Source: Pseudomonas aeruginosa (lineage in GTDB: Bacteria; Pseudomonadota; Gammaproteobacteria; Pseudomonadales; Pseudomonadaceae). From it: a stretch of 32,000 nt of DNA. Shown here piece by piece: positions 1 through 8,770 of this stretch. The DNA lies in NCBI RefSeq assembly GCF_001457615.1, contig NZ_LN831024.1, positions 4,230,001 through 4,262,000 of the forward strand, written 5' to 3'. The notes below the pieces were generated by a model that worked only from the letters and a program-made list of their open reading frames with translations, was not told the origin of the DNA and ran no database searches. Position 1 is the stretch's first letter. Every line of letters begins with the position of its first letter. The translations under genes were made by a program, and so were the position numbers.

Positions 1-378
1 TGGGCCGAGCACGAGGCGCACCTGGAGATCAGCCCGCTGAGCCTGCGCCTGCATCCTTACGTGGATGGCACGCAGGCGCTGGAACAGGGCGATCCGCTGC
101 GCGACTACTACCTCGACCTGCGTCACCTGGGGGAGACCAGCGAGGCCGACGTCGAGCGGCTGCTGCAGAGTTTCTGGACGCGCATGCAGGGCAGCGAGGA
201 GAAGGCTGCCGCCCTCGCCCTGTTCGAGCTGGAGGGCGCGGTCGACTATCCCGCCATCAAGCTGCGCTACCGGCAACTGGTCAGCCAGCACCATCCCGAC
301 CGCGGCGGCAGCACTGCGCGCCTGCAATCGATCAACAAGGCAATGGAAATACTGCAACGCTATTACAGCCGGCCGTGA
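1..378 (+). CDS. DnaJ-related (C-terminal J-domain) protein, 5' end outside window
   Basis: Frame 1 is open from base 1. The C-terminus AIKLRYRQLVSQHHPDRGGSTARLQSINKAMEIL carries the J-domain HPD motif. The listed ORF start at 61 is an internal GTG. Confidence 0.85.
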   Translation, partial: WAEHEAHLEISPLSLRLHPYVDGTQALEQGDPLRDYYLDLRHLGETSEADVERLLQSFWTRMQGSEEKAAALALFELEGAVDYPAIKLRYRQLVSQHHPDRGGSTARLQSINKAMEILQRYYSRP

Positions 379-550
379 AGCTTCGATTTGCTCTAAACCC
401 GCGAGCGACGCGGGCTCGGGCCGTTCCTATACTGCGACATAAGGTCGCATAGGTCGGCCGAGCACCGGGTGGCGCTGTCCATGCGCGCCCGGCGCTTCGC
501 TGGGGGGCGACCACATAAGAACGAGGAGGAAACGGCATGATCCATCATGT

Positions 551-1135
551 ATGGGGCTCTTCACCCATCCCGATCAGGAATGGCAGGAAATCCGTGGCGA
601 AGAAGAAAGCATCAGCCACATGTACCTGACCCACATCCTGATCCTGGCTGCCATTCCGGCGATTTCCGCCTATATCGGCACGACCCAGGTCGGCTGGGTG
701 GTCGGCGGCGGCGATCCGGTCAAGTTGACCCAGGCCAGCGCGTTGCAGATGACGGTCCTCACCTACCTGGCGATGCTCGCCGGGGTGGCGGTGATGGGCG
801 CGTTCATCCACTGGATGGCGCGGACCTACGACGCCAACCCGAGCCTGACCCAGTGCATCGTGTTCGCCGCCTACAACGCCACGCCGCTGTTCATCGCCGG
901 GCTGGCGGCGCTGTATCCGCACCTCTGGCTGGGAATGATCGTCGGGGTGGCGGCGATCAGCTACACGGTCTACCTGCTCTACGTGGGGATTCCCACCTTC
1001 ATGAACATCCACAAGGACGAAGGCTTCCTGTTCTCCAGCTCGGTGCTGGCGGTGGGCCTGGTGGTGCTGGTGGCGATGATCGCCCTGTCGGTGATCCTCT
1101 GGGGCAGCGGGGTCGGCCCGGAATACACCAGCTGA
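551..1135 (+). CDS. Yip1-family multi-pass membrane protein (the true start may be ATG 537, see frameshift finding)
   Basis: Hydrophobic multi-TM protein MGLFTHPDQEWQEIRGEEESISHMYLTHILILAAIPAISAYIG..., recognised as Yip1-like. The strong AGGAGG Shine-Dalgarno sits 7 nt before ATG 537, not before 551. Confidence 0.8.
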   Translation: MGLFTHPDQEWQEIRGEEESISHMYLTHILILAAIPAISAYIGTTQVGWVVGGGDPVKLTQASALQMTVLTYLAMLAGVAVMGAFIHWMARTYDANPSLTQCIVFAAYNATPLFIAGLAALYPHLWLGMIVGVAAISYTVYLLYVGIPTFMNIHKDEGFLFSSSVLAVGLVVLVAMIALSVILWGSGVGPEYTS

Positions 1136-1157
1136 CGTCCAGCGAACGCATCGTACG

Positions 1158-1190
1158 ACCGGGCCGCGGGCAACCGCCGCCCGGTTTTTT
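1158..1190 (+). terminator. Rho-independent terminator downstream of the Yip1-family gene
   Basis: Stem ACCGGGC...GCCCGGT with inner pairing, followed by TTTTTT. Confidence 0.75.
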
Positions 1191-1302
1191 CTTGCCCGCC
1201 GCCGCGCTTGCCTGATCCTGCACCCCGGACGAGCGGTCGTCCCGACGCCTGCGCCCGCCCTCCTGTCTCCGGCATAATCGCCCGCTGCTGGAGTCTTCCC
1301 GA

Positions 1303-1800
1303 ATGCCCGAACACCTCAACGCCCGCGTCGAGGCCTGCTATCGGCAGGCCGAACACTTCTTCCAACGCAGCTTCCCCCGCCCGACCGTCAGCTTCCGCCT
1401 GCGCGGCCAGAAAGCCGGGGTCGCCCATCTCGACGAGAACCTGCTGCGCTTCAATCCCCAGCTGTACCGCGAGAACCGCGAGCACTTCCTGGAACAGACC
1501 GTGGCCCACGAAGTCGCGCACCTGATCGCGCACCAGTTGTTCGGCCCACGCATCCGCCCCCACGGCGAGGAGTGGCAGTTGATCATGCGCGGCATCTACG
1601 GCCTGCCGCCGGACCGCTGCCACACCTACGCGGTCAAGCGCCGCGTCACCACCCGCTACCTGTACCGCTGCCATTGCCCGGAGCACAACGACTTCCCGTT
1701 CTCCCCGCAACGCCACACCCTGGTGGCCAAGGGGCGCCGCTACTACTGCCGGCGCTGCAAGGCGACCCTGGTGTTCACCGGCGAAGTGCTCCGCGAGTGA
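1303..1800 (+). CDS. SprT-like zinc metalloprotease domain protein
   Basis: 165 aa with HEVAHLIAHQLFG (HExxH) and a C-terminal zinc ribbon (CHCPEH...YYCRRCKATL). Confidence 0.88.
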   Translation: MPEHLNARVEACYRQAEHFFQRSFPRPTVSFRLRGQKAGVAHLDENLLRFNPQLYRENREHFLEQTVAHEVAHLIAHQLFGPRIRPHGEEWQLIMRGIYGLPPDRCHTYAVKRRVTTRYLYRCHCPEHNDFPFSPQRHTLVAKGRRYYCRRCKATLVFTGEVLRE

Positions 1801-1801
1801 T

Positions 1802-2983
1802 TCAGGCGATGGCCCCGGCCGCCTTCAGCTCGGCGATCCGTTCGGCGGAGTAGCCCAGGCCTTCGAGCACCGCCACGGTGTCGGCGCCGAGCGCCGCGCC
1901 GATGTGGCGAGGCGCCGGCAGGCCGGCGGAAAACTTGATCGGACAGGCCATCTGCGCCTGGCTGCCGCCGTCCGCCAGCGGCACCCGGGCGACCAGCCCG
2001 CGCGCCTGCAACTGCGGGTGTTCCAGCGCCTCGGAGAGCGGCAGCAGCGGCTCCACGCAGGCATCCAGGGCGGCGAACACCGCCTGCCATTCGGCGAAGT
2101 CGCGTTTCTCGAACTCCATCTCGATCTCGCGCTTCAGCGCCCGCTGCTCTTCCGGCTTCGGCGACAGGCCGCGGGCGGCCAGTTCCGGGCGGCCGATGGC
2201 GGCGCAGAACTGCTGCATGAACTGCGGTTCCAGGCTGCCCACCGAGAACCAGCGGCCATCGCGGGTGCGGTAGTAGTCGTAGAAGCTGCCGCCGTTCAGC
2301 GCCAGCGCCTCCATCTCCGGCTCGACCCCGGCCGCGAGATAGCCTGCACCGGCCATGCCGTTCAGGCTGAAGGCGCAGTCGGTCATGCTGATGTCGACGA
2401 ACTGCCCCTCGCCGGTCTGCTGTCGGTGGATGACCGCCGCCAGCAGGCCCATCACGCCATGCAGCGAACCACCGGCGAGGTCCGCCAGTTGCACCCCCAG
2501 CGGCAACGGGCCACGCTCGCGGCGCCCGGTGTAGCTGGCGACGCCGGCCAGCGCCAGGTAGTTGATGTCATGCCCGGCGCGCTCGCGGTACGGCCCGGTC
2601 TGGCCGTAGCCGGTGATGGCCACGTAGATCAGCCGCGGGTTCGCCGCCTTCAGCGCCTCGTAGCCGACGCCGAGCTTGTCCATCACCCCCGGACGGAACT
2701 GTTCGAGGACGATGTCGTATTCGCGTACCAGCTCCAGCACCACCTCGCGCGCGCCCTGCCGCTTCAGGTCGAGGCCGATGGAACGCTTGTTGCGGTTCAG
2801 GTAGGCATGGCTGGCCGAGGTGCCGTCGACGTGCGGCGGCAGCACCCGCACCAGGTCCATGCGCCCGGGCGACTCCACGCGCAGCACGTCCGCCCCCATG
2901 TCGGCCAGCAGCAGCGAGGCGAACGGCCCCGGCAACAGGGTCGAGAAATCCAGCACTTTCAACGATGACAACGGGCCTTTCAT
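1802..2983 (-). CDS. CaiB/BaiF family CoA-transferase
   Basis: 393 aa. N-terminus LKVLDFSTLLPGPFASLLLADMGADVLRVESP, then RNKRSIGLDLK and GQFVDISMTD are typical of class III CoA-transferases. Confidence 0.92.
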   Translation of the reverse strand: MKGPLSSLKVLDFSTLLPGPFASLLLADMGADVLRVESPGRMDLVRVLPPHVDGTSASHAYLNRNKRSIGLDLKRQGAREVVLELVREYDIVLEQFRPGVMDKLGVGYEALKAANPRLIYVAITGYGQTGPYRERAGHDINYLALAGVASYTGRRERGPLPLGVQLADLAGGSLHGVMGLLAAVIHRQQTGEGQFVDISMTDCAFSLNGMAGAGYLAAGVEPEMEALALNGGSFYDYYRTRDGRWFSVGSLEPQFMQQFCAAIGRPELAARGLSPKPEEQRALKREIEMEFEKRDFAEWQAVFAALDACVEPLLPLSEALEHPQLQARGLVARVPLADGGSQAQMACPIKFSAGLPAPRHIGAALGADTVAVLEGLGYSAERIAELKAAGAIA

Positions 2984-3071
2984 GCTCCCTCCTCTGGGTC
3001 GCCGGGCATTGGTCGGGATCGCCTGCCGAGCAGCCTATCCACCCGCCGCGCGGCGCGACATGGCCGTGGCG

Positions 3072-4211
3072 TCAGAGCTTCATGCCGCGGCTGATGATCT
3101 CTTTCATGATCTCCGAGGTACCGGCGAAGATCCGCTGGATGCGGGCGTTGGCGTACATCCTGCAGATCGGATACTCCCACATGTAGCCCCAGCCGCCATG
3201 CAGTTGCACGCCTTCGTCGACCACCTTGCCCAGCAGCTCGGTGGTGAACAGCTTGGCTTCGGCGGCGACCTCGGGGGACAGCTTCTTCTGGTTGTGGTCC
3301 ATCACGCAGCGGTCGGTGAAGACCTGCGCCACGTCGATCTGGGTACGCATTTCGGCGAGCTTGAAGCGGGTGTTCTGGAAGTGCGCGACCGGCCGGCCGA
3401 AGGCCTGGCGCTCCTTCACGTAGTCGATGGTCGCCTGCAACGCCGCCTCGGCCCCGGCCACCGCGCCGCAGGCGTTGGTCAGGCGCTCCTGGGCGAGCAT
3501 GTTCATCAGGTAGAAGAAGCCGCCCTTGGCGTCGCCCAGCAGGTTTTCCTTCGGCACCCGCACATTGTTGAAGAACAGCTCGGCGGTGTCCTGGCTCTTC
3601 ATGCCGAGCTTCTTCAGGTTGCGCCCGCGCTCGAAGCCTTGCATGCCGCGCTCCACCAGGAACAGGCCCATGGCGTGCTTGTTCGCCGGATCGGTCTTCG
3701 CCGCGACGATCACCAGGTCGGCCAGCAGGCCGTTGGAGATGAACACCTTGGAGCCGTTGAGCAGCCAGTGGTCGCCCTTGTCCACCGCGGTGCTGCGCAT
3801 GCCGGCCAGGTCGGAGCCGGCGGACGGCTCGGTCATGGCCACGGCGAGGATGGTCTCGCCACGGACGATCCCCGGCAACAGGCGGGCCTTCTGCTCGGCG
3901 CTACCGTATTCGGCGATGTACGGCCCGCACAACGCCGAGTGCAGCGGGATCATGAAGCCCGGCTCGTTGATCCGCGCCAGCTCCTCGCACATGATCTGCT
4001 CGTAGCGGAAGTCCTTGAGCCCGGCGCCACCGTACTCCTCGTCCGCCCAGGGCAGCAGGAAGCCCATCTCCCCCGCCTTCCTCCAGACAGCGCGGTCGAC
4101 CACCCCGGCCTCTTCCCAGGCGTCCTGGTGCGGCACCACCTCTTTGTCGAGAAAGGCGCGGAAGGCATCGCGGAACAGGTTGTGTTCGGTCTCGAAGATC
4201 TGCCGTTGCAT
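3072..4211 (-). CDS. Acyl-CoA dehydrogenase
   Basis: 379 aa from MQRQIFETEHNLFRDAFRAFLDKEVVPHQ to MKEIISRGMKL, with AMTEPSAGSDLAGM, QVFTDRCV and LHGGWGYM(W)EYPI signatures. It is the 3' part of the over-extended track ORF 3072..5657. Confidence 0.93.
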   Translation of the reverse strand: MQRQIFETEHNLFRDAFRAFLDKEVVPHQDAWEEAGVVDRAVWRKAGEMGFLLPWADEEYGGAGLKDFRYEQIMCEELARINEPGFMIPLHSALCGPYIAEYGSAEQKARLLPGIVRGETILAVAMTEPSAGSDLAGMRSTAVDKGDHWLLNGSKVFISNGLLADLVIVAAKTDPANKHAMGLFLVERGMQGFERGRNLKKLGMKSQDTAELFFNNVRVPKENLLGDAKGGFFYLMNMLAQERLTNACGAVAGAEAALQATIDYVKERQAFGRPVAHFQNTRFKLAEMRTQIDVAQVFTDRCVMDHNQKKLSPEVAAEAKLFTTELLGKVVDEGVQLHGGWGYMWEYPICRMYANARIQRIFAGTSEIMKEIISRGMKL

Positions 4212-4312
4212 GTACGGGGACTCCCTGCGGTCAGTGGTTCCGCAGGGTAGGCGGCGCCGGCCGGCGCCCTCAATGACGCGAGCGCTCAGGCTCGGTTGAC
4301 CGAATCGGTCAG

Positions 4313-5332
4313 CTACCAGTCCATGCTCGCCGGCTGCACGCCCGGGTGGGACGGGAACAACGGCAGCACCTCCTCGGCCAGTTCCTGGATGACTTCCGCT
4401 GCCGGCCTGGCGGCGAACTGGATGCCCAGGGCGGCATGGTTGACGCCCGCCGCGCGCCATTCGCCGAGCAGCTCGATCAGGCCGTTGCGCCCAGTGCGCA
4501 GGACGTAGCCGCCGTGCAACGGCGTACGCGGATACGCCGGGTCGTCCACCAGGTCCAGCCATTCGTTGGTCATGTGCGGGCGGAACCCGCCGTCCGCGAT
4601 GGACATCCTCCAGGCGCGGATCTTCCGGGCCAGGCGACGTGGTCCGGACGCATCGACAGTCGACTCCGGATAGGTCAGCCAGCCATCCGCCTGGCGTGCC
4701 AGCCAGTCCGCCGGCTGCCGCGCGGAGCCGGTGACGACCAGCGGGATGGCGCCGGCCGGCGGACGCGGCAACAGTTCGGCGTCGTCCAGCGTACCGAGCG
4801 GCGAGGCGACGTGCCGGCAGCCGTGCAGCAGTTGGCGCAGGTAGTCCAGGCCCTGGGCGAACCGCTCGCCGCGCTGCGCATGCTCCAACCCGTAGGCGGG
4901 GAACTCCACCGGCCGGTCGCCGGAGGCGAGGCCCAGCACCAGGCGTCCGCCGGACAACCGGTCGACGCTCGCCGCGGCCTTGGCCAGGTCGACCGGTTGG
5001 CGCAGGGCAAGCACCGCGCTGCCGGTGGCCAGGGCGATACGGCGGGTCCGCGCGGCCAGATAGCCAAGGTAGGTGAACGGGTCGAACACTTGTCCGGCAT
5101 CGCCGAAGCGTGGGTCGAACAGCGGTACGTCGCGTACCCAGACGGCGGCGAATCCCAGTCGATCGATTTCTTCGACCAGCCGCGCCTGGCCCAGCAGCAC
5201 CCGCATGTCGCCCTGGTAGAAACGCAACGGCAGGAACAGGCCCAGGGTCAGCGCGTCTGCGGCGAACATGCGCCGATAGCCAGGGTGCCCGACGAAGGCC
5301 GGCGCCGAGGCGCCTTGCAGCAGGGCGCTCAT
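4313..5332 (-). CDS. LLM class (luciferase-like) flavin-dependent oxidoreductase
   Basis: 339 aa. FYQGDMRVLLGQARLVEEIDRLGFAAVWVRD and ARTRRIALATGSAVLALRQPVDLAKAAASVDRLSGGRLVLGLASG match bacterial luciferase-like monooxygenases. Confidence 0.9.
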   Translation of the reverse strand: MSALLQGASAPAFVGHPGYRRMFAADALTLGLFLPLRFYQGDMRVLLGQARLVEEIDRLGFAAVWVRDVPLFDPRFGDAGQVFDPFTYLGYLAARTRRIALATGSAVLALRQPVDLAKAAASVDRLSGGRLVLGLASGDRPVEFPAYGLEHAQRGERFAQGLDYLRQLLHGCRHVASPLGTLDDAELLPRPPAGAIPLVVTGSARQPADWLARQADGWLTYPESTVDASGPRRLARKIRAWRMSIADGGFRPHMTNEWLDLVDDPAYPRTPLHGGYVLRTGRNGLIELLGEWRAAGVNHAALGIQFAARPAAEVIQELAEEVLPLFPSHPGVQPASMDW

Positions 5333-5958
5333 GGACCCACCGCCGGTTCCGGCAGGAGGATCCCGCGCTGCACCGCAGGCCGCAGGGCCATGCGCCGGTG
5401 CCAGTCGTCCAGGTGGCGATAATGGCTGAAGTCGAAGTCGACGATCCGCGCCGTATGGGTCCAGCCGAAGGTGGCGATATCGGCGATGGAGTATTGCTCA
5501 CCGGCCAGCCAGGACCGTCCGGCCAGGCGCTGGTCGAGGGTGGCGAAAACCTCCTCGGAGAGCCGCCGATAGCGTTCGATGGCCGGCGGGTACCGCTCTT
5601 CGGCGAAGATCTCGAAATGCACGCGCTGGCCGAGGATGGGCCCCATGCTGGAAGCATGGAAAGTCAGCCAGGTCAGGGCCTCCCAGCGTTCCCGGGGGGC
5701 GTCGGGAAGCAACCGCCCGCTGGTCTCCGCCAGGTACTGCAGGATCGCCGCCGACTCGAACAGGGTGATGCCGGCGGCCCGGTCTACCAGCACCGGTATC
5801 CGGCCATGTGGATTCAGGCGCAGGAATTCCGGGCGGCGTTGCTCGCCATGGTCGATGCGAACGTGGTGCAGTGCGTAGGGCAGCCCCAGTTCCTCGAGGG
5901 CGATGGTGATCTTGAATCCGTTGGGTGAACTGTCGCTGTAGAGCTGGAGGGAAGGCAT
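5329..5958 (-). CDS. Glutathione S-transferase family protein
   Basis: 209 aa with a thioredoxin-like N-terminal domain (SPNGFKITIALEELGLPY, GRIPVLVD, ITLFESAAILQYLAE). It overlaps the downstream LLM gene by 4 nt (ATGA). Confidence 0.92.
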   Translation of the reverse strand: MPSLQLYSDSSPNGFKITIALEELGLPYALHHVRIDHGEQRRPEFLRLNPHGRIPVLVDRAAGITLFESAAILQYLAETSGRLLPDAPRERWEALTWLTFHASSMGPILGQRVHFEIFAEERYPPAIERYRRLSEEVFATLDQRLAGRSWLAGEQYSIADIATFGWTHTARIVDFDFSHYRHLDDWHRRMALRPAVQRGILLPEPAVGP

Positions 5959-6126
5959 GGCAAGTATCCTTGCAGCGCTGGACTATCCGGCGCCTGGGCG
6001 ATGGGGGCGGCGCCGACCGGGGAAACCGCCTCGGCCGCTTCCCGCACACCGAAGAAAGCAGCTAGGCTAAAGTCTCTCGTTTCGCCACACATGCTGAAGC
6101 CCGGGTCGGCGGATGAAAAACGATCC

Positions 6127-6149
6127 TTTCTACAACCTGTTTATAGAAA
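6127..6149. promoter_or_regulatory. Candidate LysR-type operator (inverted repeat TTTCTA-N11-TAGAAA)
   Basis: TTTCTACAACCTGTTTATAGAAA lies in the divergent GST/LysR intergenic region, 11 nt upstream of ATG 6160. Confidence 0.4.
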
Positions 6150-6159
6150 AACTGAATTC

Positions 6160-7050
6160 ATGGGTGCCGTCCTCCCGCTCCTCGCGCTACGCGCTTTCGT
6201 CGAAACCGCCCGCCATGGCAATCTCACCCGCGCGGCCGCGGCCATGGGCGTCACTCCCGGCGCGGTAAGCCAGCAGCTCAGGGCTCTGCAGGCGCGCACC
6301 GGCGTCGTCCTGTTCCAGCGCTTCAGCCATGGCATGCGCCTGACGCCGGAGGGCGAGCAGGTCTATCCCGGCCTCCGCCAGGCCTTCGAGCAGATCACCG
6401 CGAGCCTTGCCCAGCTGGAGGCGATCAATGCCCGCCAGACCCTCACGGTCAGCACCGAGCCCTCCTTCGCCGCCACCTGGCTGGTGCCGCGCCTCGGTCA
6501 ATTCAGCGCGTCGCACCCGCAGGTGGAAGTCCGCGTGGAGGCTACGGCACTGCTCGCCGACCTGCGCCGGGAACGAATCGACGTCGCCATCCGCCACGGG
6601 CTCGGCGACTACCCCGGACTCGACGTGCAGGCGCTGATGGCCCCGCCGCTGATCCCGGTGGCCAGCCCGCGCCTGCTGGCGGAAGGCCCTGAGATCCGCG
6701 AAGCGATCGATTGCCTGGCCTACCCGCTGTTGCAGGAGTCGGAGCGCAATGACTGGCGCCTGTGGCTGCGGGCGATGGGGGTGGAGGACGACCCGCGCAG
6801 CGAGAGAGGTCCGGCTTTCGCCGACGACCTGCTGCTGGTTCGCGCCGCCGAGGCCGGCCAGGGTATCGCGCTGGTACGGGAGATCCATGCCCGCGCCGAG
6901 ATCGCCAGCGGCCGCCTGGCGGTCGCCCTCGAGCGGCCCTGGCCGAGCCGCTTCGCCTATTACGCGGTGAGCCTGCCAGGAGCGGCGCAACGAGCGCCCC
7001 TCTCGCTGTTCCTCGCCTGGCTGCGCGAGCAGGCCGCCGCCGAGGCATAA
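6160..7050 (+). CDS. LysR family transcriptional regulator
   Basis: HTH MGAVLPLLALRAFVETARHGNLTRAAAAMGVTPGAVSQQLRALQARTGVVLFQR is typical of LysR proteins. The track ORF starts upstream at 6001; ATG 6160 best fits the family N-terminus. Confidence 0.9.
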   Translation: MGAVLPLLALRAFVETARHGNLTRAAAAMGVTPGAVSQQLRALQARTGVVLFQRFSHGMRLTPEGEQVYPGLRQAFEQITASLAQLEAINARQTLTVSTEPSFAATWLVPRLGQFSASHPQVEVRVEATALLADLRRERIDVAIRHGLGDYPGLDVQALMAPPLIPVASPRLLAEGPEIREAIDCLAYPLLQESERNDWRLWLRAMGVEDDPRSERGPAFADDLLLVRAAEAGQGIALVREIHARAEIASGRLAVALERPWPSRFAYYAVSLPGAAQRAPLSLFLAWLREQAAAEA

Positions 7051-7074
7051 AAAAACCCGCCACGAGGGCGGGTT
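7050..7074 (-). terminator. Rho-independent terminator for the dctA transcript
   Basis: Stem AACCCGCC-CTCGT-GGCGGGTT followed by a T run when read on the minus strand. Confidence 0.75.
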
Positions 7075-7124
7075 CGAAGGGCGGCAGGGAGCTCTTCACT
7101 TCCCCCTGCCGAACAGGTTTGAGC

Positions 7125-8435
7125 TTAGACCGCTTCGCGGCCGCCCACCGGAATATCGCTGGCAGGCGACGAAGCGTTGCCCTCGCCGGCCAGTTCGCGC
7201 TGCAAGGTGCCCTCGTCGAGCTGCTTGCACCACTTGGAAACCACTACCGTGGCCACGCCGTTGCCGACCAGGTTGGTCAGCGCGCGGGCTTCGGACATGA
7301 AGCGGTCGATGCCGAGGATCAGCGCCAGGCCGGCGACCGGCAGGTGGCCGACGGCGGAAAGGGTCGCGGCGAGCACGATGAAGCCGCTGCCGGTGACGCC
7401 GGCGGCGCCCTTGGAAGCGATCAGCAGCACCAGCAGCAGGGTGATCTGGTGGGTGATGTCCATCGGCGTATCGGTGGCCTGGGCGATGAACACCGCGGCC
7501 ATGGTCAGGTAGATCGAGGTGCCGTCGAGGTTGAAGGAGTAACCGGTGGGAATCACCAGGCCGACCACCGACTTGTTGCAGCCGAGCTTCTCCATCTTGT
7601 CGATCATCCGCGGCAGAGCCGACTCGGAAGACGAGGTGCCCAGCACGATCAGCAGTTCCTCGCGGATGTACCTGATGAAGCGCAGGATGCTGAAGCCGTG
7701 GGCGCGGGCGATGCCGCCGAGGACGATGAGCACGAACAGGATGCAGGTGATGTAGAAGCACAGCATCAGCTGGCCGAGCTGCACCAGCGAACCCACGCCG
7801 TAGGCGCCGATGGTGAAGGCCATGGCGCCGAACGCGCCGATCGGGGCGACCTTCATGATCACGTTGATGATGTTGAACATCACGTGGGAGACGCGCTCGA
7901 TGAACTCGAACACCGGCTTGCCGTAGCTGCCCAGGCGATGCAGGGCATAGCCGAAGAGCACGGAGAAGAACAGGACCTGGAGGATGTCGCCGTTGGCGAA
8001 CGCGCCGACCACGGTGCCGGGGATCACGTTCATCAGGAAGTCGACGGTGCTCTGCTTCTCGCCGGCAGCGGCGTAGGCAGCGATCTTGCTGGTGTCGAGG
8101 GTGTTCGGGTCGACGTGCATGCCGGCGCCCGGCTGGACCACGTTGACCACTACCAGGCCGATGATCAGGGCCACGGTGGAGACGACCTCGAAGTACAGCA
8201 GCGCCATGCCGCCGGTCTTGCCGACCGACTTCATGCTCTGCATGCCGGCGATGCCGGTGACCACGGTGCAGAAGATGATCGGCGCGATGGCCATCTTGAT
8301 CAGTTTGACGAAGCCGTCGCCGAACGGCTTCATCGCCACCGCCGTTTCCGGGTACCAGTGGCCGAGCGCGATACCGATGGCGATGGCGACCAGAACCTGC
8401 ACGTACAGGCTCTTGTAGAAGGGTTGTTTGGTCAT
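7125..8435 (-). CDS. dctA: C4-dicarboxylate transport protein DctA
   Basis: [65 protein letters not shown]...[16 protein letters not shown]...[26 protein letters not shown] matches the DAACS-family transporter. Start chosen at MTKQ. Confidence 0.96.
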   Translation of the reverse strand: MTKQPFYKSLYVQVLVAIAIGIALGHWYPETAVAMKPFGDGFVKLIKMAIAPIIFCTVVTGIAGMQSMKSVGKTGGMALLYFEVVSTVALIIGLVVVNVVQPGAGMHVDPNTLDTSKIAAYAAAGEKQSTVDFLMNVIPGTVVGAFANGDILQVLFFSVLFGYALHRLGSYGKPVFEFIERVSHVMFNIINVIMKVAPIGAFGAMAFTIGAYGVGSLVQLGQLMLCFYITCILFVLIVLGGIARAHGFSILRFIRYIREELLIVLGTSSSESALPRMIDKMEKLGCNKSVVGLVIPTGYSFNLDGTSIYLTMAAVFIAQATDTPMDITHQITLLLVLLIASKGAAGVTGSGFIVLAATLSAVGHLPVAGLALILGIDRFMSEARALTNLVGNGVATVVVSKWCKQLDEGTLQRELAGEGNASSPASDIPVGGREAV

Positions 8436-8556
8436 GGGCAGAGTCCTCACGGGGGCGCTTCGCCAGTTCCCTGGAACGCGCTCACCGGTAGCGTTACCCC
8501 CCTTGCTGGGGAGATTTTTTGTCGTGAACCGCCGCGGCGGAACCTTGCCCAGGCAT

Positions 8557-8572
8557 TGCAGAGGCTGTGCCA
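8557..8572 (-). promoter_or_regulatory. Sigma54 (RpoN) -24/-12 promoter upstream of dctA
   Basis: The minus strand reads TGGCACAGCCTCTGCA, against consensus TGGCAC-N5-TTGCW, with exact GG/GC spacing. Confidence 0.75.
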
Positions 8573-8770
8573 GGATGCTCTTTCTCTAAATAAAATCCTT
8601 ATATATCAACAAGTTAAATAATAAATGAAAATTGCATAGCGGGCTAAGCGTGGCGGATTACCGCCCGGCGGGCCGGCTGTGCCGCGCGAGCATGGCGGGA
8701 GTCCGCCACCACCCTTGTCGTCTTCCGGGTGGCGCCCTACCATCGCCGTTCCAACAACAAGGACGCCGCC

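Noticed and set aside
3072-5657. 861-aa minus-strand ORF presented as one protein
   Set aside because: Only the part from MQRQIFETEHN (4211 down to 3072) is a real acyl-CoA dehydrogenase. The upstream part is an out-of-frame read through the LLM and GST genes.
6762-8621. 619-aa plus-strand ORF antisense to dctA
   Set aside because: Shadow of dctA; repetitive D/H/V/A composition and no recognisable domain.
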